Shown here: positions 12,866-25,990 of the stretch, piece after piece
Layout of the letters: every line of letters begins with the position of its first letter
Numbering within the stretch: the first letter of the stretch is position 1
Position numbers and translations under genes: made by a program
Assembly: GCA_964016885.1 (NCBI GenBank)
Contig: OZ024747.1
Coordinates: 89,528,001 to 89,592,000 of the forward strand
Length of the DNA: 64,000 bases
Source of the DNA: Eledone cirrhosa
Taxonomy: Eukaryota
Reading direction: 5' to 3'
Notes under the pieces: model-generated
What the model was told of the DNA's origin: nothing
Seen by the model: the letters and a program-made list of their open reading frames with translations, nothing else
Database searches by the model: none

Positions 12866-15800
12866 TGAGTCTAGTAAGACATCCTCTCTAGTACTGGTGG
12901 CACAAATAAAAGCACCCAGTCCATGCTGTAAAGTGGTGCTGGTGTTAGGAAGGGCATCCAACCAGTGTATCAATGCCAAAACGCTTATCAGCACAGCAAC
13001 AAATTGGAACAACAACAAAATATGAAGACGTCGCATCTCAGAGTTGCAGCACTTAATGTTGGCACTCTCAGAGGTAGATCTGCTGAAATAGCGGAGATGC
13101 TGGAGAGAAGGCATGTGGATGTGTGCTGCGTGCAAGAGGTGAGATGGAGAGGTGCTTCTGCGAGACTAGTTGTAGGAAAACATCTTAGCTATAAGCTTTT
13201 CTGGGTAGGTAAGGATGATGGATTAGGGGGAGTAGGCATTTTCCTGGCTGAGAGATGGATCAATAAGACAATAGAGGTAGTTCGAGTTAGTAATCGAATA
13301 ATTAAGCTTAGATTAGTTGTAGGCAGGAGACTACTGACAATCATCTCTGCCTATGCTCCCCAAGCAGGCCTAGGCAAAGATGAGAAAGACTGCTTTTAGA
13401 GCAACTTTTACAAACAACCGCAATGACAGAGGACGGAGACATCGTTATGCTAGCAGGAGACTTCAATGGTCATGTTGGACAGCTCTGTTGACTATTTGCA
13501 ACACACACTTCCAGAAACCTGCCAACCACCTAATAACCTACAAATCTGGCGAACACATAAGCTAGATTGACATTTTACTAGTTAGGCAGCGGGACACACA
13601 GATAGTGTCTAATACCAAGGCATACCCTGGGGAAGAATGTACCCCACAGCATAGGTTAGTCGTTAGTGATATCTCAGTAAGCAAGAGATGGAATGAGACA
13701 TACAGGAAGGTGTGGAGAAGAAAGGTCTGGAAGCTAAAAGACCTTTCACTAAAATACAAATTCAGGAAAGCCCTTCAAGATGTGTATGATGAAAAAGAAG
13801 ATGATTTAGAGACGTATGACATAGATAATAATTGGAATTTCTTACGTGACAACTTAGTGCAGGCTACTGATGAAATTTGTGGCTGGAGCAGAGCTCCAGC
13901 CAGACAGAGAGTAACCTGGTGGTGCAACAGCACAGTAGATAAGGCCATTAGAGACAAAAGACTAGCATGGAAGGCTTGGAAAAAGGGTGAGAGTAGGGAA
14001 GAATATACATCTGCTAAGAGAGAAGCTAGACATCAGGTGTACTTAGCACACAGGGAGGCTGAGAGGAGGAGGTTTGCCAATTTTCTACGACGGGAAGATC
14101 AGAGGCGTGCAGTGTTCCACATTGCAAGGCAATGTGTCAATGCAAATCAGGATGTTGTTGGAGATAAATGTGTCCGGAACGATACCTCTGTACTTAGTGT
14201 CACGAATTATCAGAAAAAGGAGGCTTGGAAATGTCATTATGAGAGACTGATGAATGTGGAGAATGAATGGGAGAGAGAGAAATTACCCTCAGTAGATCCG
14301 ACAGAGGGACCAGCTATTGAGATTGACGAATATAGGGTCCAAGAGGCGATTAACGAAATGAAAAATGGTAAGGCTGCTGGACCATCGGGAATAGTTGCTG
14401 AGATGCTGAAGGCATCAGGGGATGTAGGCACTAAGCTGGTTTCACCCATCATCAATCAGGCTATATATGGTGGTGTCATACCAAAAGACTGGTGCACCAG
14501 CATTCTCATAAATTGCTACAAAGGTAAAGGGATGCTCTGGAGAGGAGCAATTATAGGGGTATAAAACTGATGGATCAGGTTATGAAAGTGGCAGAAAGGA
14601 TATTAGCACAACTAATTAGAGAAAGGGTCAAACTAGATGAGATGTAGTTTGGTTTTGTGCCTGGCAAGAGTACAACAGATGCCCTCTTCTTGGTGAGACA
14701 ATTGCAAGAGAGGTTCTTAGAGAAAAATAAGCCACTATACTTAGCCTTTGTTGACCTAGAGAAGGCCTTTGATAGGGTACCCCAATCTGTTATCTGGTGG
14801 TCCCTAAGGAAACTAGGTGTTGAGGAATGGCTTGTGAGAACAGTGCAAACTTTGTACAGAGGTACTGTCAGTAAAGTCAGGGTAGGAATGGAGTTTAGTG
14901 AGGAATTCCAGATACAAGTAGGAGTACATCAAGGTTCGGTCCTCAGCCCGCTCTTGTTCATTATAGTCCTCCAAGCCATAACAGAGGAGTTTAAGACTGG
15001 CTGTCCATGGGAACTTCTCTATGCTGACCATCTGGTTCTTATAGCAGAATCAGTAGAGGAGCTAGAGAATAAATTCTGGCTATGGAAACAGCAGTTGGAA
15101 GCAAGAGGACTGAGAGTGAACCTAGCTAAGACAAAAGTGTTGAGTAGAAAAGAGGACAAAACCCTGATTCCGTCAGGGAAATGTCCATGTTCGATATGCA
15201 GAAAAGGAACTGGCATAAATTCTATAAAATGCACACAATGCAGATCCTGGGTACACAAGAGATGTAGTGGGATAGCAGGCAAACTAACAGGTAGGGAGAA
15301 ATATGTATGCAGTAGATGTACAGGGAAATTAGACAGTAGAAGTCGCATTGATAGACACATTTTTCAAATGCAGACGGGTGCTATAGAAGTGGTGGATAGT
15401 TTCCAGTACCTAGGAGATCAGATTAACATGGGAGAGGGGTGTTCCGAGGCCATAGTATCTAGAATAAGGACGGGTTGGAAGAAGTTTAGGGAGCTTCTTC
15501 CTCTGCTGACGAAGAAGGGTTTCTCCCTGTGTACGAAAGGCCTGTTATATGAGGAGCACGATGTTGCATGGTAGTGAGACATGGGCAGCAACTGCAGAGG
15601 ATATGCAATGGCTGGAGAGAAATGAGGCAAGCATGCTCCGTTGGATGTGCAATGTCAATGTGCGTGAACGACCCAGCATGAATGTGTGGAGAGAGAAACT
15701 GTCTGAGAGGGATAGAATCTAGTGTATGAGAGAGGAGACTGAGGTGGTATGGACATGTGATGCGCATGGAGGATGACCGATGGGTAAAGAAGTGCCAGGA

Positions 15801-16003
15801 AATGCCAGTTGAAGGAAGACATGGTAGAGGTAGACCACGAAAAACATGGGCGGAGGTGGTGAGAACAGACCTCAGATCGCTGAAGCTCATGGTGGAGATG
15901 ACGAAGAACCGTGACAAGTGGAGAGATGCTGTGCTGAATAAAACCCGTCCCACCCTTGCAAGCAGGGAAGAGCGGACGTAAAATGATGATGATGATGATG
16001 ATG
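12866..16003 (+). mobile_element. Near full-length, inactivated RTE-clade LINE (family A): APE endonuclease, RT and PHD-like finger
   Basis: APE motifs NVGTL, CCVQE, SAYAPQ and GDFNGH. RT motifs KAAGPSG, FVDLEKAFDRVP, GVHQGSVLSPLLF and YADH (mutated YADD). C-terminal RWYGHV/GRPRKTW and a (GAT)n tail. Stops at 13397 and ~14645, several frameshifts, and a deletion in the endonuclease near 13480. Confidence 0.95.
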
Positions 16004-16752
16004 ATATATATATATATATGTGTCATTTTAAATGTAATTGTCTGTGTCTCTCATTTCATGCGGAAATTTTGACAAATATTTATTTACAGTAATACATACA
16101 GTATTTTGTTTCAACTACTAATATGTTATTTTCACTGAAAATCCCCCCTCCTTTCTCTCAGTCACCCTTTCTTTAACCATACCTCTATCCTATAATTTTC
16201 TTACCAATCCTAAATCTTTTCCCATTTTTCTCTAAAAAAAATTTTTTTCCATTCTGCCCTGCTCATCCTTTCAATCTTTCTAATTTCTCATGCTTTCTTC
16301 TAGAGTCTGAAACGTTAAGACCCTCTTTCTGCTATGTCAAGCATGAAACTAATATTTTCCTTCCATATACTGTACTGTTTACCTTATTGGCAGTATCGGT
16401 AGAGGGTCAGACACCATGCTTTCCAGCATAATTACTTCCCTTTACAGTCTGAGTTCAAATCCCGTCGAGGTTAACTTTGCCTTTCATCCTTACGGGGTCG
16501 ATAAAATAAAGTACCAGTAATATACTGTGTAATTGCTGGCCTTGTGTCAAAAGTACAAACAATTATATATAGTAATAAATACAAAGACCAAAATCCAAAG
16601 AGGACTGTGTGTATAATATATATATATAAACCCATAGAGCAAATATTTATTATTAGTACTGAGTAGAAGTTTAAGCAATGAATTTCTGCTTTCACTCTAA
16701 GCAAGATCATCTGAAACTGTATATTGTGTGTATATGTGTGCACATGTATGTG

Positions 16753-16782
<30 letters not shown>

Positions 16783-16783
<1 letters not shown>

Positions 16784-17660
16784 CACCATCATCATCATCA
16801 TCACCGTTTTACGTCCGTTCTTCCACGCTAGCATGGGTTAGACGGGTTGTCCTGTTGTGGGCAGTGTCTGGTCGGCTGACCATGCCTTGCTCATACAGGA
16901 ACTGATTTGGCTTGATTTCTACAGCTGGATGCCCTTCCTAACACCAACCTCATTTACAGTGAGTGCTGGGTGCTTTTTCTTGGCGCCTACACGTCCACTT
17001 TACAGTGTGGGCTGGGTGCTTTTTTGCCGTGGCACCTTCACGACCACCTTGCGGTGGGGGGTGTGGGGGCATATTGTCTATATACTTCAGCTTGTACCCA
17101 TGGGAGGTCGGGTACTCTGTATTACTGCGTGACGCCAGAAGTCACAGTCGTGTGTCATTGTCTTTGAGAGGTGTAATTGGGTAAGGTCGGCTTTTATCAC
17201 CTCATCCCAGGTCATCTTGGGTCTCCCCACTCCGCGGTTTCCATCAACTTCTAGTGCTCTGCACCTTTTTATGCAGCTGTCATCCTTCATACGCATCACA
17301 TGTCCATACCAGCGCAACCGCCTCTCCTGCACACAGCATTTGATTCCTCTTATGCTCAGTCTCTCTCTCAATTCATTTATGCTTTGTCGTTCACGTATAT
17401 TATTGTTACACATCCATCGGAGCATGCAGGCTTCGTTTCTCTCTAATCTACGTAAGTCTTCCACCTTCAGTGCCCAGGTCTCACTACCATGCAACATCGC
17501 TGTTCGGATACACGCATCATACAGTCTGCCTTTCATTCTGAGGGAGAAGCCTTTTGCAGCTAGCAGTGGTAGTAGTTCCCTAAACTTCTTCCATCCCGTT
17601 CTTACCCTAGTTATTGTACTTTCTGAACACCCACCTCCGTTGCTAATTTGGTCACCTAGG
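16783..17660 (-). mobile_element. 5'-truncated RTE family B copy
   Basis: YLGD...RVRTGWKKFRELLP...HGSETW...RWYGHVMR. Near-identical to 60050-60920 and fused to (TA)n at the truncation point. Confidence 0.95.
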
Positions 17661-17674
17661 TATATATATATATG

Positions 17675-17708
<34 letters not shown>

Positions 17709-18029
17709 TCCACACACACATACAAATGTATATATGCATATGTATGCGTGTATTCCATATTGTGTGGATAGTAAACAAAGTAATCAAAAATAGAATCAAA
17801 AGAAATCAGTCTTCTTAGTTTCATGTTTTGTTAAGCCCTCATCAGAAATTGCTTACAGAGAGATGAATTTGTGGTGTTGCCATTGTGTTCTCATAGTGGT
17901 CTTGAAATGTGATTTTTTTTGAGATTTACTTTTGAATTTCACATTTTCTTTTAAAAGACTTCTGTGCAGTTCACTATGAATGCGTATGTATAAATGATAA
18001 TTATAAATATAAATTATAAATAAATAAAT

Positions 18030-18614
18030 AATCCATACGTACATATATATATATATATGTGTGCATGTATGTATATATATATACATACTACTGTACATCT
18101 GTATACATATATGTATGTACGTGTACATACTTATATTTAAGTAACAGCCGTACTAAGAGTGGGAAATGAAATTTCGTTTCATTTTTTCCGTTTATCATTT
18201 TCGGTGCACCTGGCCGATTAACCCACTCGATATGCAAATTGGGCTACTCAGCCGTTAATATGCATAAGGTAAGTATATACGTTCAACAATCTGGCAGGAA
18301 GGTATACGTTGCTGATGATAGCTAATATGCTTGAAACTAGTACAGCGTTCCTTTGTCAGTGTTGAACAAACGAGCAACGATGGTTGCTAGACACTACGGC
18401 TTAATACGGGATGTTTGTTTACACACACACCGAGCATTATAATAAATGTTCGGTGAATCCATACGTACATATATATATGTGTGCATGTACTTATATATAT
18501 ATACATACTACTGTACGTCTGTATACATCTATGTATGTACGTGTACATACTTATATTTAAGTAACAGCCGTACTAAGAGTGGGAAATGAAATTTCGTTTC
18601 ATTTTTTCCGTTTA
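18030..18614 (+). mobile_element. Partial-tandem (~1.4 units, period ~425 bp) hammerhead-containing element (retrozyme or Penelope pLTR-like)
   Basis: 18030-18194 is directly repeated at 18456-18614, with a hammerhead in the unique middle section. Confidence 0.7.
18307..18347 (+). ncRNA. Minimal type I hammerhead ribozyme, canonical core
   Basis: cgttg-CTGATGA-tagc(taatat)gctt-GAAA-ctag-TA-cagcg with palindromic stem III ACTAGT. Stem I can extend through ctggcaggaag/ttcctttgtcag. The first pair of stem II is mismatched. Confidence 0.75.
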
Positions 18615-19860
18615 ATATATATATAATTATAGTTTAAATGTATGTGCATATATATATATATACTGTATGTATGTGTGTGTATGTGTATATATATATATAC
18701 TACTTGTATGTGTATATAATGTACATATGTATTTACTGCATATATATACATATGTGTGTGGGTGTGTGTGTGTATTTATATATAGGTGTGTGTGTTTCTC
18801 TGTGTGTGCATATAATATAATACATAGTATACTCTAAAGATCTTCAAAACATCATCACTGATCTCCTCCACCTCCCCATACATAATCTTTATCAGACTTA
18901 CCACAAAAGTAAGCTGCAATATATAGTTTTATCGCATTTTAAAATATAAACTTGTTACATCAGTTTATTAAACTATTTGGTTTTTGTTGTTGTTTTTTTG
19001 TATTCTTTTGACAATATATATAAGATTTTCTTGTCTTTTTTACTAGTTTACAATAATCTTCTTGGAAGAATTATTTTCTTAAATTAATTCCACACGGAGG
19101 ACTTTATTTCCATATCATTAATTAGCAGTCATTAAATCAGGTAATTTTAAATCTATGTCTTAAAAGTTGAACTGATTAAATTTCTTAAAAACTACAACTT
19201 TATTAATTTAGCTAATTATTGATAGTAGTTTAAAGAATATTATAAAATTTTGTGAGAAAAAAAAATTGTTTCAAAGTATTTGACAAATATATGCTTCATT
19301 GCTTCATTTCATGTACTATACAATACAACTAGATTTTGAAATGGTAGGTCTGAGGCTTCCTGGGTAGTAATGCCACACTATTGTGTTTGGGGGTGGGAGG
19401 TAAAACTTTGCTGGTGTGTTTGTTATAGTCTGTGTTCTTCTACCATTGAGTAAAATAATTATTTCTACTATAAGCACAAGGCCAGCAATTTGGCAGCAGG
19501 GGAAAGTCAATTAAATTCACCTCAGTGCATTACTGGTGTTTTATTTTATCTACCCAGTAAGAATTAAAGGCAAAGCTAACCTCGACGGGATTTGAACTCA
19601 GATCATAAAGGATTGTAACTATGCTGCAAAGCATGGTTTCCAACACTTTATCGATTCTACTCCTGAGTAAAATAATAAAATACGAATAGCATATTGAAGT
19701 AAAAACCGTATTTCCCGGCATTGAAACGCTACTTTTTTCCTAAAATAAGTCTCAAAATTCTACCATGCCTCCTGGAGCCGAAGATTGTTTATCATTATTT
19801 TTCAAATGTTTGTCCTTGAGGACAAAGCGTCTTCGGTGCCAGGAAATATGGTAGTCATTG

Positions 19861-20077
19861 TTAACCCTTTAGCATTTAAACCAGCTGCATCCGACCAGAA
19901 TCCTCTTACATCTTTCTGTTCAAACCAGCCATAACTGGCCACTCATACTGATGTTAAGGTATAAATAATATCAAAGTCTCATAGATTCAATATTATTTTA
20001 GATAATTATGTGGGGTAAAGCCTTTACCATGAAAATATAATAGTATATATAGAGTAATGTAAATGGTGAAGAGTTAA
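19861..20077 (+). mobile_element. piggyBac-like MITE
   Basis: ttaa-ccctttagcatttaaa...taaatggtgaagag-ttaa. Confidence 0.8.
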
Positions 20078-21481
20078 AAGCAACTATCTTTTTTTTATAT
20101 TTCTTATACAAAAAAGATCTAGTTCATATTCTAAACATTTTGGAGAAGGAATTAACAGTCTTTTATGGTAGTAATCAATTCTTATAATACTGTGAAGTAC
20201 TGCATTTTGTTCAAAGAGAAGACTCAATGTTTATAGTAGTGTTACTAAGGATCTAAATGTTCATATCAGTAACGTCAAAAAGTTCTTTTTTGTCACATTT
20301 TGCTATTTAGATACTAAATTGTTTTCAAATATATGGACCTAAATATTCACTAAAACTCCATAAAGTTAATTGAAACTTTTGTGAATTAAATATTCATCTC
20401 ATTTAATTTAACTAACACTCAAGTTTCTCTGTAGGTTTCAGTAATGACAGGAACATTAAGGGTAAACAGATCATTGTTGATAAAATATATTTGAACTCAC
20501 ATTTTCTCAATATGAAATTGCTTCACACTCACTAAACTCGATTTGGATCAATATTAACAGACAAGCTTCTTATTTGCAAAGATTACAGAATATGGTAATA
20601 TAGTAAAACATGTAATGATTACCTTGTCTCTTTGAGTTACGTTAATTATTCCTAAGTAATATCACATGAACATGAGTATGTATAATTGTTCTGCACTTAA
20701 TAAAATAAGTAAAGAGAAAAGAAAATTATTATCTTTTTTATTTATTATTTTTTTTTTATTTCATTTCAATATTGAAAAATTTTCTAGCAATAAAATAAAA
20801 TAAAAAAAAAAGAAATGAAAAATCTCTGAAATTTTTAGGAAGTTCATCAGAAGAAATATGATTTGATTAACAAGTTAAGATATCCATTTTATTTATTAAA
20901 ATTTCTAAAAAGCCAGTAATTACATATTGAAAATATATCTTCCTAAAATGGAGAGACTCCAAGGCCTGAATGACAGTACTATTGGCATCAATGAAGTAAT
21001 TAAGTTATTGAATTTATTGAAGAAATCCTTTTTCAGACTATTGATATATTTTATATTCTAATGTGAAAATAATTCCACCGATTAGAGTAATTAATAGAAC
21101 GGCAGTTTGATGGAAAAATGTTGTAAATACAATTTTGCTCATGGATTCAGTATAATCAAAAATAATTTTACTTGAAAATGATATAAAGATAAAATGAACT
21201 TATTGACCAAAAAGATATCAAAGAGAAAAAAAAAGGTTTCAAATAGCTATGTGGTCTATTCGAGGAACATGATCATTCAATGATCAATAGAATATTTTTG
21301 TTTCTTTTTTTCCCCTTAAAGAAATATATTAAGCTTTCATCAGATTAGTTGGTAATGTAGAGTTTAAATATTGAAGGAATTAATCTAGTGTTTTTAGTAG
21401 CCCCTCTCTCTCTCTAAAGCCGAAATCACTTGGCACCGCAGTCAGTATTTCACACATCCCTTTCTCTCTCTCTCCCTATAT

Positions 21482-21517
<36 letters not shown>

Positions 21518-21557
21518 GCCAACTTGTAACTTAGCATAGCCACACATCTCTCCACCT

Positions 21558-21607
21558 CTCATAACTTTTGAAAATCATAAAACTTGTGAAACCAGTAAAG
21601 TTATGAG
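21558..21607 (+). ncRNA. Degenerate U3-A8 hammerhead in a Penelope-like terminal fragment (~21518-21760)
   Basis: ctcataactt-TTGAAAA-tcataaaacttgt-GAAA-ccag-TA-aagttatgag has a perfect 10-bp stem I and a weak stem II. Downstream ccaattgcatttt resembles ccagttgcatttt at ~1660. Confidence 0.55.
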
Positions 21608-23602
21608 TTACTGTAAATAAACCTTCTTAAAAACCCCAATTGCATTTTAAAATTCTTTTTCCTATATTTTTACCTATGTGGGATATATTAAAAAATTTAC
21701 TTTCGAATATATATATATATATATATATTCGAAAGTAAATTTTTTAATATATCCCACATATATATATATATATTAAAAACAGTTGGTGCACAGGACAAAG
21801 GTAGTGGGGAAAAACAGTGGAAAGATGGACAATTCCATCTCATTAGTCAACCTCTGGAATCATTACAGTTTCAGTGTATTAAGGTTGATACCATTCATTC
21901 CTGAGCACATTGGGACAAAAAAATAACTGGTAGAAACAAGTTATGCCTTTAGGTAAATTACATAAATATACAAGATAAGTATTCCAAGTGTGTCAACTGA
22001 CAAAGGGAGAGAATGGTGCCAAAGGAGAACAAATATAGAAAGGAGAGAAATAGTAAAACAGAAGAGAATATGGACTGTAGCCCAGTGCAGATAAAAAAAA
22101 TGACACTGAGGTGTAAAAAAGTAAGAATAGAGGAAGGAAGACTGGGTGGTGTGATGACTATTATTATATTATAGTTGCAAAAAAAATAAACCCTGCATTA
22201 AAGGCATATATATACATACATATATATGTGTGTGTGTGTGCATATATATATTTAGTGACCTCTTTCCATTGAGATGTTTTGTATATTCACAACAAATTTA
22301 ATTATGTATGTATATGTATAAATATACATATATAAATATACCGTCTAACCCATGCTAGCGTGGAAGATAGACATTAAACGATAATGATGATTATGATACA
22401 CACACAGACATATACAAATGTATATACATATTTACATTTGTATTTGTGTAAATTGACATAAACTCTTTGTGGCTTTTACTCTCTAAGGGGAGCTAAATTT
22501 CAAAAGCAAGATTGTTCCACCAATGAACTCAGTAAGTTGATAAATAATATGGATAAAACAAGTACCAGATTAGGTACTGAGCTCAATAAAAATGATTGAG
22601 ACTCTAAACATTGGTGCCTGAGTATGACTGGTAGTGTCTAACAACTGACACCAGTAAAATAATAAAATAATAAAGCTAATATTTGCCTAAGGTGGTTAAT
22701 TGGCAGAGTCATTAGAACATTGGATAGAATGCTTTTGGTTATTCATTTCAGTTCTTGGTGCTCTGTGCTCAAATTCCACCAAGGTCAACTTTACCTTTTA
22801 GCCATTCAAGTTCGATAAAAAAGTACAAGTTTAGTATTGAGATTGATTCTTCCTCTATATCTCTTTCTCACTTCCATTTGATAACTCTCTCCTTCTCTGG
22901 AAGAAATCAGCTGTATTCAGAGCTGGAGAGGAAATGAGCTTCACCAGGTTTTTTTAAAATGCCCTAGATATGCCATATGTCAATGCAGTGCCCCTATGAC
23001 TCCCTCAGGAGTTATGGGTCCATACATGCAATATTTTTGTCTCACAGTATAACCATGTAGTCAACTCTTTCAATTATTTGTATCATATTTTATCAACACA
23101 GAACCACACTAGTCTTCTCCTTGGTTTTATTATGTATTCTATGGTTTATTTTATGATTGTACTGTTTTACTATATAATATTTGAATAGCCAAGTCTATAA
23201 CACAAATTATTCTATTAAACTAGCAAGTAAAAAGCTTTAAAAATAATACTTTTGCAGATTTTTGTAGTAGCACAGCAGTAGTAGTAGGAACAGCAGTAGT
23301 AACAGTAGTAGTAATAGTAGCAAAAATAAAGGTCTCTAAGTTGAAAACAAATAATTGTTTCTACTTTAGGCACAAGGCCAGCAATTACCCAGTGCATTAC
23401 TGGTACTTTATTTTTATCGACCCCGTAAGGATGAAAGGCAAAGTCAAATAATAGGAGAGTATCTGGTCTTTAAAGTCAACTGGTGAAAGCAATGGACATA
23501 TTTCAGATATACTATATTCTACTCAGATGTCAAGCACAACTAGCGAGGGAAATAACCTCAATAAGATCAATTGATCAACATTTTTGGACAGTCTAGACAA
23601 TC

Positions 23603-23933
23603 ATCATCATTATCATCATCATCATCATCATCATCATCAACACCATTTAATCTCCATTTTCCCATGGGTTGGACAAGTTGTCTCATTGTGAGGTAGGCCA
23701 GGTCAGATGACCATGTCTTGCACACACAGAAATGATTTTGGTTTGGTTTCTATGGCTGGATGCCCTTCCTAACGTCAACCAGATTTACACTGTGTACAGT
23801 GTTTTTTGTCGTAACTACTACATGACCACTTTTCAGTGTGGGCTGGGTGCTTTTTGTTGTGAGACCTAAATGACCACTTTGCAGTGTGGGCTGGGTGCTT
23901 TTTGTCATGTCACCTACTCAACCACTTTACAGT
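23603..23933 (-). mobile_element. RTE-tail repeat with tandem ~50-bp units (other copies ~32325-32585 +, 39860-40150 +, 45945-46130 -, 50960-51195 -)
   Basis: (CAT)n followed by ggatgcccttcctaac and repeated accactttacagtgtgggctgggtgcttttt units. Confidence 0.8.
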
Positions 23934-24894
23934 CAATGCCAAGTTCAGATTAAAATGAAACTGGCTTCTTTTGTCAACTCCTTAGTGAATACAATGCAAA
24001 ATTATCAGTGGTAGGGGTTGAACTCAAAAGTTGACGTAACATAACTAAATATATCACAAACAACTTTATCCAAAGTTCTAACATCCTTTGTAATACTGTT
24101 TAATATCAGTTCTTAACAGGGTGGTGGATGGGCAGAATTGGTAGAGCGTTGGGTAAGATGCCATTGCGGTACTTGTTCTATCTCTTTACATTCTGAATTC
24201 CAATTCTGCCAATGTTGACTTGGCCTTTCACCTTTCTGGGATTGATAAAATAAAGTACCAGTCAAGTACTGGGGTTGAATTAATTCCGATCCTCTCTCAA
24301 ACTTACTGGCCTTGTGCCTAAATTAGAAATCACTATTAACTATCAACATCCTGTAATGATTTAGCAGAAAATTTCTTAAAACTAGATTTGCTAATTCAAA
24401 TGTAAACAGGTCAATGTGAAAATTTGTAATATTAATGTCAAGACCTCAATTTTTAATGTGATGTATCCATATTTCTTTTTCAAGAATGTCTTTGCTAATG
24501 CAGTTTCATGTGATACAGGACATTAAGTATAAGGCTGGAAACTTACTGGCAGTTGTATAGTCAATTAGACCAACCCCAGTACTTGGTAGGTACATATTTA
24601 ATCAATCCTAGAAGGATGAAAAGAAGACAAGCTTCAGAGAGATTAATTACTGAATCTTAAAGGATTACAGTTTTATACAAATTTCTATAACTAAATTTTA
24701 TATAATATAATTTCCTTTGATCAATATATATATAAATCGATAAACATCATGGCCATATAGCAATGTGTGGAATTATTCAAATCGATGGGGAATATTATAT
24801 GATGTTATGACTGTCACTTGATTTGGCATGGGTGGGTGTGAAAAGTGTAGTGCAAAATGCAGGCTGAGTAATTTTCTTATTGTGGTCAGAGCAT

Positions 24895-25228
24895 GAAGGT
24901 GCATGGCTTAGTGGTTAGAGTGTCAGGCTTACAATCACAAGGTTGTGAGTTTGATTCACGGACCGGGCTTTGTGCTGTGTTTTTGAGCAAGAGACTTTAT
25001 TTCATGTTGCTCCAGTTCACTAAGCTGTAGTTGTGATGTCATTAGTACCAAGTTGTATCGGTCATTGCCTTTCCCTTAGACAACATCGATGGGATGGAGA
25101 GGGGAGACTGGTATAAATGGGTGACTACTGGATTTCCACAAACAACCTTGCCTGGACTTGTGCCCCAGAGGGGAATTTTTTAGGTGCAAATCTCTTGGTC
25201 ATTCATGACCAAAGGGGGTCTTTACCTT
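24895..25228 (+). mobile_element. tRNA-derived SINE with a CORE-like domain (distinct family)
   Basis: tRNA-like head ggtgcatggcttagtggttagagtg...gtgagtttgattcac, then ttgagcaagagactttatttcatgttgctccagttcact. A degraded flanking repeat tggtcagagca/tggtcacagca is present. Confidence 0.65.
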
Positions 25229-25481
25229 GGTCACAGCAAAAAGTGTCAAAAACTAGGTTTGTCAGTTTACTAAACTAAGTTGACATTAATTTATTTGGGA
25301 GAATGGTAAGGTGTAACTGGAAGAAGAGGGCAGACATTGTAGAGTTAGTCTAGGTGATGGCTCTGTGTACACTAGTTTACTAAACAAAAGATTAATGTCT
25401 ATATTGACCACAAATGTAAAACACATGTAAAACATGTCACACAAAAGTAATTGAAAGGATCATCATCAGCACCAGTGGCGC

Positions 25482-25990
25482 GTGGTGTCTCCACCCAGGC
25501 AGTGGTGTCTCCACCCAGGCAGTGGTGTCTCCACCCAGGCAGTGGTGTCTCCACCCAGGCAGTGGTGTCCCCACCCAGGCAGTGGTGTCTCCACCCAGGC
25601 AGTGGTGTCTCCACCCAGGCAGTGGTGTCTCCACCCAGGCAGTGGTGTCTCCACCCAGGCAGTGGTGTCTCCACCCAGGCAGTGGTGTCTCCACCCAGGC
25701 AGTGGTGTCTCCACCCAGGCAGTGGTGTCTCCACCCAGGCAGTGGTGTCTCCACCCAGGCAGTGGTGTCTCCACTCAGGCAGTGGTGTCTCCACCCAGGC
25801 AGTGGTGTCTCCACCCAGGCAGTGGTGTCTCCACCCAGGCAGTGGTGTCTCCACCCAGGCAGTGGTGTCTCCACCCAGGCAGTGGTGTCTCCACCCAGGC
25901 AGTGGTGTCTCCACCCAGGCAGTGGTGTCTCCACCCAGGCAGTGGTGTCTCCACCCAGGCAGTGGTGTCTCCACCCAGGCAGTGGTGTCT
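25482..25990. repeat. 20-bp minisatellite (gtggtgtctccacccaggca) x ~25
   Basis: Perfect period 20 with only two substitutions seen (25570 and 25775). No spacers. Confidence 0.98.

Noticed and set aside
17805-17852. Minus-strand CTGATGA...GAAAC hammerhead remnant (similar remnants near 31120-31150, 51640-51670 and 57235-57270)
   Set aside because: Stem II, stem I or the cleavage triplet is missing. These are probably decayed PLE termini and cannot be called as ribozymes.
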